From NCBI RefSeq assembly GCF_018977255.1, contig NW_024704757.1, forward strand, positions 9,982,001 through 10,046,000: DNA of 64,000 nt, in the 5' to 3' direction. Numbering within the stretch: the stretch's first letter is position 1; each line of letters opens with the position of its first letter. The notes below the pieces were generated by a model, which ran no database searches, was not told the DNA's origin, and saw nothing but the letters and a program-made list of their open reading frames with translations. The translations under genes and the position numbers were made by a program. Source of the DNA: Callorhinchus milii. Lineage: Eukaryota. Of the stretch, positions 24,961 through 39,030 are shown piece after piece.

Positions 24961-25290
24961 GCTACGGGTCTTTTGTGAAAAGTTCAGCTTTCAAAGTGTC
25001 CCCACAACTACAAAAAAATATAATTGCAATAAAGAAGCATCTTGAATCTTAAATCTTTCAGGACAGTCCGTTTAACACTAGCAGACAATGTAGCAGGAGA
25101 TATAAAATTCCTTTTTCTAATTTTATTCATGGATTCAAATTATTTATGAGGTACTTGCTGTAATAAAAAGGCTGAAATACTCCCTTGTTATGACATTGCA
25201 GGCTGTAACATATTAAAACATTTATTTCTAACCCTCTTCCTTCCCCAAGGATGCCATTGACCTCTACAGTGTGTTCTGAGTGGCCTTTGG

Positions 25291-25626
25291 AGGGAATTTG
25301 CTGTACGTCAGCCATTTCCTTCCAGTCATCTGTGTTGGTTTCCGCAAACCTGGGCCACGCCAGTCTCAACACTCGGGCCTAAGTGCTGGACCACTTCAGT
25401 CACTCTGGCAAATTCCTCGTGGGCTTCCACTCGCACTGTGTGGAAGGGAGGGCCTGACAAAATTCTTTCATTATTAAAAAAATACACAGGCCAACTGATG
25501 TGGTATTTTCAGGCTTATTATAGCTGAAATGGCAGCAGTAACAGTATCAGCCATCAGTAAAATGGAGAGACAGGAAAATCCTGTTATAACAAGTTATGTT
25601 ATTCCAGACTGCTTGTTCCCACCATC
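25291..25626 (+). repeat. Unclassified duplicated element Y, copy 1
   Basis: Direct homology to 42558-42885; the 133-nt ungapped core differs at 14 positions by my count. Confidence 0.9.
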
Positions 25627-25869
25627 GCCGTTTTTCTCCCTATTGAAGCCTCACCAGGTCAGTTTTTTGTATCACGAAGGAACATCACTGGTGTATAAAA
25701 AAAGCAGTGGTTCACCATAGGATTCGTGAAGAGTGACCAACAGTCGCTAATGGTAACTGGTAGTTTACACAGACTGACTGTGATCTACTTGTGGAGTTTT
25801 AGAGTGGGATTCCCATGGTCTACTTGGGTGGTTTAAATAATCTCTCCATTGGATATAATGCCTTCCACA

Positions 25870-26390
25870 CCAACAACAACAAAATTACATTTGTTGTTTC
25901 ACGTCAGGAGGACATCCCAAGGTGCTGAACAGTCAGGGATCAGGACCGGAGCAAGGGTGGGGGCAGGGTTGGGATGAAGAAGGGCAGAGAGGTAGGAGGG
26001 CGGCTGAAGCCACGGTAGAAAATGAGGGTCTTGAGTCGTGCCTTGAAGATGGCAAGCGAGGGAGCAAGGCGAAGGGACTGTGGGATGGAGTTCCAAAGGG
26101 TGGGGGCCGGGAGGCTGAAAGACTGGCCGCCAATGCTAGGGCAGGTTGGGTGGAGGACATGGAGCAGGCCAGAGCCTGTTGAACGGAGGGAGCGGACAGG
26201 TTGATAGTGGGGTAGCAGGTCAGAGAGGTAGGAGGGGGCAAGGTCGTGGAAGGCATTGAAAGTGAGGATGAGGATTTTGAATTCTATCCTCTGAGGGATA
26301 ATTAAACAGTATAGCCAGGCAGAGTTGATGGGTTCACGGAGCCTGGTGCGGGAGAAGACACGAGCTGCAGAGTTCTGGATGATCTGACAG
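25870..26390 (-). mobile_element. L2 LINE 3' portion
   Basis: (caa)n tail, tttcacgtcaggaggacatcccaagg motif; the antisense body encodes the APTLWNSIPQSLRLAPSL ORF2 C-terminus. Confidence 0.88.
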
Positions 26391-26414
26391 GCCTAAAACG
26401 CTTCACTGTATTTG

Positions 26415-26720
26415 GTAATAACAATAATCAATGCGTTTGATACAGCACCTTATATCACATCGTTGAGACCTCTCAAAGCACTTCACAGGATATACTGTTA
26501 AGTGGTTTGACTGTGTATTTTGTGGGTGAAATGCGGCAGCCAAATACACACAGCAAATATCCCACAAACAGTATTTGGGGGAATTTGTTGGGCAAGGACA
26601 GTGGGTAAAACTCGAATAATGGCATGGGATTTATTATCATTATTTGAAGGGATCTTTAACATCCGCCTGAACAGGCAGACGGGACCTCAGATTTATGTCT
26701 CATTTGAAGGAAGCATCACG
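26415..26720 (-). mobile_element. Deu-domain SINE carrying the (ATT)n-type tail
   Basis: Tail as in the tRNA-Ala SINE, joined to Deu core gggatctttaacatccgcctgaacaggcagacgggacctcag..tgtctcatttgaa. Confidence 0.75.
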
Positions 26721-27264
26721 TGTAGTGATTGTGTATTTTGTAGGTAAACATAGCAGCCAGTAACCCAGCACCAGCCTCTGTTACACTACACCTCCTTCTG
26801 TTATATCCGTTACCACAAGATCATACAGAACCTCCCTCTGTTATAACTGTTGCACTGTGCCTCCATCTATCTGTTATGTTGCATCTTTGGGATCAATGCA
26901 TTTGAATTATTTACAGCTGTTTGGCTTGAAATTTGTGCGCGTGCAAAATACAGGGAGTGTTTTATGTCCCTTATTTTATTATAAAATGGCTCCCGCATCG
27001 CATTTTGACAATGCGATGCAAGGCTTGAACTTCTATTTTAGACATGTACCACTGTTTTGGTATCACCTAGCCACCATTTAGTATCTCACCTTCTATTCTT
27101 TTGAATCTCTGTGATACCCTGAAATTGGGCACTGGTCTTACATCTGGGTTTCTGAATAAATGCTGCAATGAACTGCTTTAAATCTCTAATCAAAATCCCT
27201 GCACATTTTGATATTCGCCAATATTACAAGCATGTAATTAAATGTGCCAAACATTGCTGGCGTA

Positions 27265-27562
27265 ACAATCCTTGCATTTGATATAGCGCCTTATCACGTC
27301 TTCGAGACATCCCAAAGAGGTCCACAGAATATACTGTAAAGTGAATTGACGGTATATTTTGTGGGCGAAACGCGGCAGCCAATTACACAGAGCAGTGTCC
27401 CACAAACAGTCGTGGATTGAGAGACCGAATAATTCTTTTTAAATTATTTTTATTTTTTTGAAGGGATTATTACCCCCGGAAATTGATCTGCCAATCGACA
27501 AACAACCGGGTTCCTACTTAATGCTAGGTAAACAGAGGTGTGTTGAGTAAGGAAAGTTACCC
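27265..27562 (-). mobile_element. tRNA-headed SINE, older form, head truncated
   Basis: aatccttgcatttgatatagcgcc tail; central caaccgggttcctacttaatgctaggtaaacagagg. Confidence 0.85.
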
Positions 27563-28139
27563 AACAGCATGACACTGAGATGCACTTTGCTCACATTTCC
27601 TCCTAACCTGCCCCTTTTACATATATTTATAATGGCAGTCAGTCATCGAGACAGAAGTTAGACCGCTACTGAGGAGAGCTATTAAAATGTGCTGTTTTTG
27701 GAGCATTATCTGACGCTGCTCCAGGCTCTGAGTGGAAATTAATCTCAGTTCCTGCACCTGAATATATTATGCAAATTATAAACCATTGAATGGTAACATT
27801 TTGTTCAATAGCCTGTGACCTTACATGAGTGGCATGAAATATGTATACGCATTTTTTCTCTCGCTCTCTATGCCTCTGCGTATATGCATTTGTGTGTGTG
27901 TGTGTGTCTCTTGAGCTCTCTTTGTCTCTGTGTGGCTGCCTTGCTGTCTGCCGGGGTCCATTTGTTGTTATTCATTCAAGAAAGGCAAAATGGAAGAGCT
28001 GGGGCACTAATAGGCAAATGAATATCTGGCCGATTTTGAAGTAAACTGCTTGAGGTCATAATAAGAAATATTGTTACTGAACATTTCAAGTGAATGGAGC
28101 TGATAAGGGCTACACAGCTTAGGTTTTGTGAGGTTGAGT

Positions 28140-28335
28140 GAATTGATCAAATAGGTTGAGGAAGTAACGATGAGTGTAGATAGGGGAAATACGGTAAATG
28201 TTAATTATTTGGACTTTCACAAGGCATTTCATAAAGTGTCACATAAGAGACTTGTGGCCAAAAATTAATATTTCATACCACTGCATGTGGGATTCATGGA
28301 AAAGAAATGGTTAGAGGACTGGTTGAAAAGTGGCG
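28140..28335 (+). mobile_element. CR1 reverse-transcriptase fragment
   Basis: tatttggactttcacaaggcatttcataaagtgtcacataagagactt encodes YLDFHKAFHKVSHKRL, the CR1 RT motif YLDF.KAFDKV.H.RL. Confidence 0.88.
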
Positions 28336-29351
28336 ATCAGTAGTTGGACCAGAGATTGGTGCCTTCATTGGAGGATCAAACACTGATACTAATGTGTGTT
28401 GAATAACCTCCTAATGTATCAGAATTTTACAATTCTATGGTCTGTAACTGTGTGTTGCGGACCCTGTCTATGTTTGTGTTTCTTTCTGACTTTGTGAAGT
28501 GTGTCGGTCTGTGCATTCTGCCTATGTAAATCTCTTTACATTGGTTTATTTGCCTATCTGTCTGTAAAAGGAGATTATAAGAAGGCACGCTTCTAGAAAA
28601 GACCTCTGAGGTCTACCTGGCGGTCCCAAAGTTACAAAATATCTTGCAGTAATCCAGCTCCATATGTCTCAATTGATTTATTTTCTCACCTCACAGACAA
28701 AAGGTTTCTAACTGGGTGGAAATCACTGCTAATCTTCCAGCACAGACGAGTTGGGCTGAATGGCCTGTTTCCATGTATGTTACACTGTATGGAAATGGGA
28801 GATATTGTGGATGATCATTGGATATAGCTGATGTGTGAAATTAATTCTTTGAACAGTGGCAAATTTCAGATCCAATCATTTTGACTCTCAATGACACGGG
28901 TAGAAATAAAATAATTATTTCTAGTTCACTGGGTTGGCAGGCAGTTTGGGTAGGTTCGTGGCAGCAGCCACTTACAGTTACTGCCAAATGCAACCCACCA
29001 CATTTTTGGCTCTTGCGATTTTTAACTTGCTACCTGGTAAGTTAAGCCACCCATGTGGAAGAATGTTAATACTGTTCAACGTTACTAACTTTCCAAGTAT
29101 AAATGAAGTACTTAATCTGAATTTTTCTGTCTTGTTGCTCCAAACTCCAAATTTACTGCCTTGCATACTATTCCTTCTCCTTACTCTATCTTTACATTGA
29201 ATCCAAGCTCATCAAACCATCGCTCTCATTCTCATTTTTCCCCTACGCATCAAGGCTGAAACTCCTGCCTCCTTCAAAATGTCCCTTTCTCACACTCTCG
29301 GCCTACTTTTAATACCCAAACTTGACATTATCTGACCTTGGTTTATCTCAT

Positions 29352-29508
29352 GTGTCTTGAAGGAAGCAAGGGAAGGGGCGAGGTGGAAGGACTGTGGGAT
29401 AGAGTTCTAGAGGGTGGAGGCAGAGTGGCTGACGGCCCGCCAATGGTGGGGCGGGCGAGACGGGGGACGTGAAGCAGGCTGGAGCCCACTGAGCGGAGGG
29501 GGCGGGAT
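29352..29508 (-). mobile_element. L2 LINE fragment
   Basis: ggactgtgggatagagttctagagggtggaggcagagtggctga; homologous to 62040-62190. Confidence 0.8.
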
Positions 29509-30952
29509 AACTAACTAAATTTAAGTTAGTTAATAGGAAAGGTTAATGAATCATCTAAATAGCACAAGTAAGCAATAACGGTAAGCAAAGCAAAGAGGCA
29601 ATAAACCCTTTGCCAAAAAATATTGTGGAATTATTGGTTAACAAACTGGTGCATGAGGCATTGAGATGTTTCAACATTATTAGTGGTGTATCACACACAA
29701 TATCACATAATACACAGTACATCTTCTAAAAGAGTCTCAGATGGTTGATCAAAAGCCATTTATTTGGCTTACCGCTATCAGTTCGGGATATTATCTCCCC
29801 AACAATGTTCATAGGGTTTGTTAGACACAAACTACACTCTAGGTAGGCTAGGTGGGCTTCTCTGTGCTGCAAAAATTTATAAAATATCCATCAGTGGTTC
29901 ACAGATATCTTGTCTATGAATTCTCTGATTCATATGTCCTAAGGAATTTTTTTGTTTAGCTCTTTGAGCTTACATGAAGTGTATTGGTAGCTGTTTACTA
30001 CCTTCTGATTTTCTTCATTTGTGTTTCTTAGGGTAACAAGGGTTCTGGGCTGGAAGACGTTATTGAGTCCAAGAGTGTGAGGGAGTTGGATTAACATCAG
30101 TGGAGACATATTCAGTAACACAGGGTGGTGGCTAGTTATTGAGCCGACAGAGTTGGGGGCTGGATGTGCTCTACTTTCACCGCAACCACAGGTGGACTCT
30201 TTGTGGTTTTTCTTATTCTCCCTTGGCGCGAAGCCTGCCAACACTTACCCTGTTAGCTGCACACACCCAGCTTTTTGTGGTTCATACAGCTAACAGAATT
30301 TAATCCATACAATAATATTGAAGCCTGTGTTCTCAAGTGTGAAGTCAGTCTGCTGCAGGCATTATACTTTTAATCAAATTAAATGAATTTTCACAGAAGT
30401 GAACGAAAGCAAAACAAGCTGCAAAATCCCACTGGAGGCGCCCAGTCCATAACTTTGATGCCGTTCTGTGCGCTTTTACTATATCCCCCACTGAGTCTTG
30501 TACATTCAGATCATTCCTCTGTTTCTACTCCCTGCACCTCACAGGACTGAATGAAACTACTTGAGTGGAACTCAATGCCATCCAGAAGGAGCACATTTGT
30601 CAAAATGAATGATCTGAGACATGCTTCTGAATTGCAAGGACTATCAGCAGAGTACCCAGGCATGGTTCAGTGGTTGGGCAATGCTAACAATGGTAGAAGG
30701 AAATACAATCAACGTACTGCATTTTATGGTTAGGGTTAAGAAATAGAAGCCTTAAATAGAGTATAAATAACCATAGGGTAGTATTTTTTGTTCTGTGGAC
30801 TCGGAGGTACAATAAAATACACATGGGGGTCTATCTTTATAATAACAAATCCTCCCATTACCGTCCACCAACACCTTCGCTCTGTTCAAATCTAAGCCCA
30901 AGAGCTGATGAGTCTGTACAGTAATTAACGAACAGGTAAATCTAGGCCGAGT

Positions 30953-31337
30953 ATAATAATAATGATGATAATCTGGTATTTGATATAGCATCTTATCATG
31001 TTGTTGAGACATCTCAAAATGCTTCACAGAATATGCTGTAAACTGTATTGACTGTATATTTTGTGGGCGATAAGTGGCAGCTAATTGCGCACAGCAGTGT
31101 ACCACAAACAGTTGTGGATTGAGTGACCAAATTATTATTTTTAAAATTTTTTTGAAGCGATTACCCATGGGAAGCAATCTACCAATCTGCTTACAATTGG
31201 CTTCATACTTACTGCTATTTAAATAGAGGAATGTGGAGTAAGGAAACTTGCCTAAGGTTTTGCCCTGCCCGGGAATCGAACCCAGGTCATCTTGCTTGCG
31301 AGGCGTGTGCTCTAACCAATACGCCACAGGACTCCAC
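30953..31337 (-). mobile_element. Full-length tRNA-headed SINE, older form with central segment
   Basis: Head ggagtcctgtggcgtattggttagagcacacg...gggttcgattcccggg; central segment; (ATT)n-like tail. Confidence 0.9.
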
Positions 31338-33216
31338 AATGATAAGAATGATTAGTGCATTATATAAAGTGCGAACAGATATGTCCAGGCATTAATTTTC
31401 TCTCCTGAATGAGAAAAAATCAATAACTGGTCCAATCTTAGCATTAAAAAAAATTATCACGAAATGGAAGAGTTCACAAATCAATTGAACAAAAGTTTCA
31501 TTTTTTGGAAAGATCCTTGATGTTTATTGCCAAATTAGATTATTTAAAGTTTAACAACTAAAGGCACGATTGGACCATGGTACTACATAACATTTGCTGT
31601 AATTTGAATTAACCAACCTTTTGCAGAAACTTAACCTTTACTCCTCGCTCCCATTCCCGGAAGAACGATGCAGTGAACCAATACAAATTGATTTCTCCCC
31701 ACCCCAAAATGCTTGAGTGAAAATAATCCTGCTCATCTGTCACATTGAAGTGTTAACATGTAAGATTATAAGTATGAAACTTGACTGAGATTAACATGGA
31801 AATACAACACCTGTTAAGTATGACAGACACCAGGTTGCCCACAAACCTATGTAAGGAAACATTGATCAATAAATTTAGTTGTGCATAATTTTTAAATAAG
31901 TTAATAGAACGGTAAAAAAAAATTAGGAAGCAAGGAAATGCAGCTGCTGCTTTGAATTACACTGCTTCCTGAAATTCAGGGTGAATAACACTCAAACTGT
32001 TTTGATGCATTTAGAGTTCAAAGCATACAAAAAATGTTTGGCTGTCAGGTTTGCTTAGCATAAGAGCCATTGCTACTGAGGAGTGTGGGACTGCAAACAG
32101 CAACTGAGTGTGACTGAAAATAGTAGTCATTGCGTTTTTCACCTACCTATGTATTTCTTTTAATACTTTGTATAGTACCTTTCATATTGAATCAACTTCT
32201 TGCAGCACTTAAGAATGGTAGGGAGCACTGACGAAGATGAAGGAAGGAGACTTTGAAAATACCCAGCATTTGTTTGTTCACAATTTTAACGACAATACTT
32301 TTAGGTACACAGGATGCAACTCTTTGTCCTGCCTGACACTCCCTTTTCTATAGTGTAATGGAAATGGACCAGGAAATTAAATAGTAAAATGGGGATAATC
32401 TATGTGTGAATTGGAACAAGAATGTGTGACTTGCACGAGCCCTGGAGAAAATGCCAATAAATGTACTTGAGACGAGAGAAAATGAGGGAGAGCTTTGTAT
32501 GAAGGTATAGGTATAAGAACAGGAAATGTAAGTATGGTTGTAACAGTTGTTAAGAACAGCCCACCCTAATCCCGTTAAATCTTGACAATTCGATCACAGC
32601 CAAATCTTGCCGCAGGATTTCTGTAGTTAGTTTGGGGCTGTAAAAATAAGACTTGTTTTTGTCCCCGAATAGAAAAGGAAGACTTCAGAAACTCTTACTT
32701 AAAAAGCAAACGAATACGAGGATTGTTTTCTTTACATCATCATATTCTCTCTCTTCCCGCCCCCACCCACCCCCCCACCCACTCATCACCACCAATGCTA
32801 TCCCTAAAATTTTTAAACTGAACTGATGGATTCTTTCACGAGGAGCTGCTATTTTGGGGCATCCTTCCCACTCAATCACACTGCTGAGCTATTCTTCAGA
32901 CTGTACTATCTAGGATTGCAAACGGAAGCCCACGCATTAGAGGAACTGATGCAAGAGCAACAAGCCACGTCTGAGCAAGGCTGCCTACACACCAATGGAA
33001 GAGCTACTGCAAATTACAGGGAAACTGTCAAAGGACACTATTCAGCACTAAAAGTACAAACAGAATGACATTGAGGAGAAAGGATTTTATTCAGTGGTCT
33101 TTGACTTCAGCTCTGCCCACCCCAAATTAATTTTTTTGAGGAGATTATTGCTTATTGCTCAAGAGCACTGATTGTATCGCTCGGGAATGTAAGTTTTGGC
33201 TGTCTATGTCAGTGTT

Positions 33217-33296
33217 GAGTGCTTCCAGGATAAGATACAGTATGGGTTACAAACAGAATAATGCTCCCTCTACTCTGTTCCATCCAACACTCCCAC
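33217..33296 (-). repeat. Dispersed units of the ~65-bp chondrichthyan minisatellite (also near 21318-21386 -, 39250-39410 +, 46976-47104 +, 47348-47464 +, 55900-56003 +)
   Basis: Unit pattern acagtgtagagggagctttactctgtatctaacccatgctgtacctgacctgggagtg is recognisable at each site. Confidence 0.7.
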
Positions 33297-36200
33297 ATCT
33301 AAACTCCTTTAGATATCCATTCATGGCCCTTCAACGCATTGAGCAGGAAGTAAACCCATTCTCTTTTCTCTCTGGGCCTACCACCAAACAGCCCTGATTC
33401 CTTTCTCTCTGAGTCTCCAGACAAATTTATTTTCTAAGTAAATTAAATTCAAAAGGTGGGCACTGCTTTTTGGGAAAGTATGAGGTTTTGGCAGAACTTT
33501 ATTTTCCAGAAAACTGTTTAAAGAAGGTGAGATTTGGATTTTCAGATATTCTTGGATGCCAGAAAATGCAACTTCAAAGGATAGGCAGCCCGAACTCTGT
33601 GTAAAAGCCGCCAATCGTTTATGACCGAATTGTGAATTATAATCCCTGTAGGAGCAGCAATAATATTCCTTAAAACCTTCCTCACTCTGGGGGAGTGTTG
33701 CTACCAGTGCTGGCTATGGGATCTTGTGCACACTTTTTAAAATTGCTTTTCTTCAAATTTCTCCTCAACCTTTCTTTTTCCCTTTCCTCCACCCCATGTT
33801 CAAAGGTACTGGCCCATGCTGAGGATATTTCCATGGAAACCAGAGTAGTCCAATACTTTTTCTAACAGGCAATTCTGTGAGTCTAGGTAGCATTGGCAGT
33901 TTGATTGCCATTGAAACTCTGCCTACTTCAGCAACGTGTCCCTAACAATATGGATCAACTCCAGCTTCCTATCTCACACATCTCAAAGGAGGCTTGAACC
34001 CACAACCTTCTGACTCAGGAAAGAGCACTGCTAACTGAACCAGTCTGACACATGCAAGTTGGTGTTGCTGTTAAAAATCAACTGTTCTTCTTTCCGTGTA
34101 CAGAGGTATAACACATCTCTTGTCTGATACACAAACCAATATCGTTATGTGCATTATTTGGTTTCTATTTTGGTTTGAAGGAATGGCCATTTCTGCAGCA
34201 GATCTGAATTGAGTAAATTAAAATATTACAAACAAATCAACCCATTGAAATTCCAATACAATCTTTAATTTACCACAACCAATTATCCAAAGATGAGTCT
34301 AAGTATTCAGCCTTGAGCCAGCAAAGTTATTAGGGGGCATTCTACCCAGTGGAGAACTTGGCATCAAATTCACACTTGGGTCTGCAAAGGTCTACATTGC
34401 AAAGAAATCGATTTTTGACTCAAGTTGGGTTTGGGAGCATAAAGCTCTGGCTGAGGAGCAGAAGGTACATTTCAGGCCAAAGTCAGATTCTAAAGTTTTT
34501 TTTTAAGTATTTATCAAACGTTTGTTTGAGACCCTTAGGGCAAAGGAATCTCTTGGGGGTCAGCCTTTGCTATAAATCCAACAGAATCAAATTCTGATCA
34601 AGTCACTGTGACACTAGGCTGAATATGAGAGCATTTAGCCAACTCTTGGCTGCATAAGGCAAACAGAACATTAATTAAGAGAGCAGCAATTGGCATGTTG
34701 ACTGTAAAACTTTGGATTTGAAATCCTTTCTGTAACACAATCTAAGAATCAACCATTAGCCCGAAATTGCTCCTCGCCTATACGGCAATTTTGTCATAAA
34801 AGTTAAGATTATGCAAAATTGTGCAAAATTCTTCAATTCTTTCTTGATTTGAAAGGTGGTTCTTTTTAAGAACTCCCGAAAAAGCTTCCAAATTAAGACT
34901 TAAGTTTAAAAATGTTCCATAATACCGGGTAATTATGCGCGCTGGGATGCTACAATGCTCTATCAATGCAAGTTGTTGTTGTAATCTTAACTTTTAAGGC
35001 AACATGTTTTAAGGCTAGGTGTTATTTCAGGCTTAAGGTGCTTTTATGAACCCTTTAGTTTGGGTAGCCTGGTGGAGTTGCGTACACCTACTTGGTGGTA
35101 AGAGTCAAATCTTAACCTCATTTATTTATTGATGTGAGTTAATGATACATATTCTGTATAGAGAAACTTATCGGAATTTTATTTCAGTTCGGTGTTGATT
35201 GAGGATATAATAGTGTTCCCAGGAATCATTCCGAATTCTGGGGGGTTTTGGTCACATAGTTTGGGAAATTTTCATTTCTGAACAAACACTTGAGGATTCC
35301 TGAAGTGTGAAGTGTTCTTTTTTTTAAAAAGAGAGCGGACTTTTTTTTCCCTGTCAGTCGTAAATCAAGGTCTGTGTATTGCTAACTGCCAAAGAGACTG
35401 TGGCTTTAGGAGAAACACCACTAAATCACATTTTGGTTCAAGTGCGCAGCAGAGGCCACGGGCTGGAAACTTCCTGTGTGTGTTTGAGTTACGAAGTGAG
35501 TGAGAAAAGGGCCGTTGCTTTTGGAGACAGGTGTAGCTGAGACTTTGTGCCTAGCCCATCTGCAGGAAATCCGGCCCAACAACTTGCTCAATGGACCGCT
35601 ACTGATGAAGTAACTAGTACAGACAGAGAAGGCAGATGCCATCGATTCATCTTTAGTGTTTTCTGTAAAAGAACGAAAGCTAGCACCTTCCCTCCATTCC
35701 TCGCTCAATGACTCAATTAGTAAAGCCACCGATTAATATGAAACATAGAAAAAGAAAGGATATTACTATCATTAAACAAGAGAAAGCCATTAGACCCATT
35801 CAACTTGCTCCTTCCACAGACCAGGTAAATCCTAGTGTATTAAGCACCCCATATAGAACAAAGATGTTCTGAGTAAATCCTTGGTCTGTGCTGAGTTTGC
35901 TGATTTCAATTGGGGTGGGGCATTACAATTGGTGTCAATGTGTTTGATAGGGAGTTTTTTTTTGCCACCGATCACTATTGACCCCTGTTGGAAGATACAT
36001 ATAGTGAGGGCAGTATCGCGCTTTGCTTTAATGCTGCATGTCCTCCAAAAAGTTACTGTCAAGCAGTGCATAGACCGCACTCTGACATAAGTCAGTACCT
36101 TCAGGAGTGGGAGGGAAACAACTAGAGTACTTTACAAACCAAATAAGACAACAGATGGTATGTGCTGTTTGCAAACCGTAATACAAGTGTTTGAAGGGGC

Positions 36201-37329
36201 CAGGTGCATTTTAATCTTTTTACTCTCAGGAGTGGGCTGCATAGGCCAAAATGCCTCCAGTTCATGATATGGAATTCAACTTGTGTCTGAATGTGAACCG
36301 GCAATGCTGTTTGAGTTTGGCCCATTTAAAAGCCAGCCTCGGGCAAGTTTAATTTCATACACATCATTTTCCTCTGCGCAGATTCAAGTGCCAAGAAACT
36401 TGAATCGAGTCATAAAATAGAATTGTGTTGCTGGATTAGATCACATTTATGTATAGTAATGCAATGAAGTCTATCACACAGATTGCTAAAGATTGTGATC
36501 TTTTTATTTCGCATAGCAAAAATGCACTTTTTCCACAATTAGCCTGTGGTAGACTCGAGTAAATAAAATGCCACAGTGGTCAGACACTCTCAGTTGAGAT
36601 GGGATCAATGCTCATTTCCGCAGCTGAGCAATAGTCCCTGCTCCCACGCATCTCTTGTGTTCTCCTGTAACTGAGTTTTTCATGTTTTTCTTCTCTCCTC
36701 ACACAGCATCTGCTCTCTACTATGTTTCTAATGTGCATGTGGCAGGCATTGGGGCTGAACATGGTGGCCCCTGAATCTTTATTCCTGCATCCGTGGCATA
36801 TGACCCTGAGGATCCCAGAGCTCTTGACATCTGTCGACTTAAGTCTTTGAGAAACTTGGTCCAATGTGTGAGTTAAGGACCTTACCTAGAAGTATGAGAA
36901 GTATGCGACTCCAAATGCCTGGTTTACAACACTGCTGCAATACTGGAATATACACTGACTGGACTTGGGTTTTCTTTACTATTCTTTACCATTTTGCAGC
37001 AGTTGAGTGGTTAATGAGGCTAAATCAGGACTGTATTCCGTGTTCCAACACCTGCCACTCCTCATATTGTTTACCACTCTGGCAAAACTCCACAGAACAA
37101 ATAAAATACGGAGCACAAAACAGCTGCCCTTTTAGTCAGTGCAGCCCGACCAGCTGTGTATTGCGAGTTTTTATTTAGGGTTAATATTCCAAATCGGTTT
37201 AAACTCAGATGATATAAACAGCTGAGGGAAGTGGCATTCAAAGAACCCCAATTAACTGCCATTTCTCTTTTCAAATACTTGCTGTATTTCATTCCTATTT
37301 GCAAAAAAATATTCACTGGAACAGAGACA

Positions 37330-37690
37330 ATTAAGAAGGGATTGAACAGAAATGTTTAAAATTATAAAATGGTTTAAGAGTTAAATAGTGAAAGATGATT
37401 CCCACTGGTGGATAAAACAAAGGGACATCAACTCGAGATTATTACTAGAAGCATAAAGGGGAGGTTAATTGAATTGTTTTCACATTAAGGTTATTTGCAT
37501 GTGCAATGCATTATCACTGGAGGCTATTGAAGCCAATTATGAATATCATTTAAAGGGGAATTTGATGAGCAGTTGAAGATTAAAGACATAAAAGGGTATA
37601 GGGAAAATACAGCTAAATGGGATTACAGAAGATGCCATCAATGAGTAAACTAGCACAGCACACACACAATGGACTAATTGATCTCGATGG
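37330..37690 (+). mobile_element. CR1 LINE 3' end, diverged
   Basis: gaaatgtttaaaattataaa...gattcccactggtg...caaagggacat...catttaaaggggaatttgatgag...aaagggtataggg. Confidence 0.7.
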
Positions 37691-37994
37691 CAAAATGTCT
37701 GACTCTACGATGTTCTGCATTTGACTTCAATTTCAGAACAAAAAAGGGAAGTTTTGAATGCTGTTACATGGATTCAAAACAAGAGGAGATTTAATAGAAA
37801 TGTTTCAGAATAAATAGTGACAGATTATTTCCATTGCTTAGAAAAGAGACTAGAAACATAAAGATCCTATGCTTCCGCAAGTTTCTAGCACAAGGAAATG
37901 TTCTATACAACATACCAGCTGGACTGAGATATTCATGTTGAAAGGCATTGAGATAAGATGAGATAACCATTCAGGCAGAAGTCAAAATCATATT

Positions 37995-38215
37995 AGGTCT
38001 CACTCAATTGGTAGCATTCACACTTCGTGTTCTGAAGATAGTGGGTTTGAGCCTCATACCAGAACTTGAGTATTAAGGGAGTACTGTATTGTCAGAGATG
38101 CTGTCCTTTGATTGTGATATTAAACTGAGCACCCATCTGCCTGTACTGATGGATGTTAAAGATTAACTGGTACTATTTGGAACAAGGCCAGTGAGTCAGT
38201 CATAGCCAATATTCC
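37995..38215 (+). mobile_element. Deu-domain SINE
   Basis: ctcaattggtagcattcacac head; tttgattgtgatattaaactgagcacccatctgcctg core. Confidence 0.65.
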
Positions 38216-38859
38216 TCCCGACGTGAAAGGCGCTTTATAAATGCAATTTGTTGTTGATGAAGGGAGCTATATAAAGATGAGTTGTTGTTGCTGCTATGTT
38301 AAAATGGAAAATCCACACTCATAGTGTAAAATATGCTGTGAATTCCATATCATAACTACCCATGTGCTATTATTAGACCATAGATGCTGAAAACCGAGGA
38401 GGGGGAAATATTTCATTTCCTTAAGTAGAATATAACCAGCAACAGTGAGTTCTGTCCTTATCTAAGACCCATGTCAACATGATACTGAAACTTTAACCTG
38501 ACATCATAAACTAGACTGACTTTTATAGGCTTTGTCTGGCTTGGTACTGGAATTAGAGGATTCTGAATGAACTACAGAACCCTGTAGATCTATTTATCTA
38601 CTTAGGCTTCAGAGCGCGTGAGCATATGTCTTCTATCAGAAGTTATTTTATGTGGCCTCTCCCAGGATTAGGAAATGGCAGAGTGTGGAGGAGTTAGTGG
38701 TAACTAACTATAGGGAAACTTCATTATAGTGTGGTCAGCTGGGTCTACTGTCTCATGGACCGTGTTATAAATGAGGCCAACTTCCAGGACGTCAGATTGT
38801 TGCTGATATATTTGCAGTGTATTGCACACAGATTCTCATCTTTGTTCTTTCTCAGCATT

Positions 38860-39030
38860 CCTTGCCTGACCACCCCACCGAGCCTGCCCTGGTCAAAGGC
38901 ACAGTGAGAATTGTCACAAACAACATTCTCTCCATCTGCGTCCAGGCTGCTCTCTGCCTCCTCATTCTCCTTGATCTCTCTGCTGCCTTTGACACCGTTG
39001 ACTACTCTATCCTCCACCACCTCTTCTCTC
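38860..39030 (+). mobile_element. L2 reverse-transcriptase fragment
   Basis: ORF 38817..39086 contains HPTEPALVK...VTNNIL...LLILLDLSAAFDTVDYSIL, an L2 RT motif. Confidence 0.9.

Noticed and set aside
25494-25626. Element Y core as an H/ACA or C/D snoRNA, SECIS or hammerhead
   Set aside because: No ANANNA hinge or terminal ACA, no properly placed C/D boxes, and no CUGANGA-stem-GAAA arrangement on either strand.
26775-26885. Short repeated cctcc..tctgttat units
   Set aside because: Degenerate low-copy minisatellite with irregular spacing and no further structure.
30905-30935. Hammerhead-like ctgatgagtc...cgaac (and ctgacga...gaaa near 32228)
   Set aside because: Stem II does not close properly or GAAA is missing, and stems I and III are absent.
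30752-31339. Longest ORF in the track (195 aa) and similar ORFs at 22018 and 60817
   Set aside because: Chance read-through of SINE copies; the shared peptides only reflect repeat homology.
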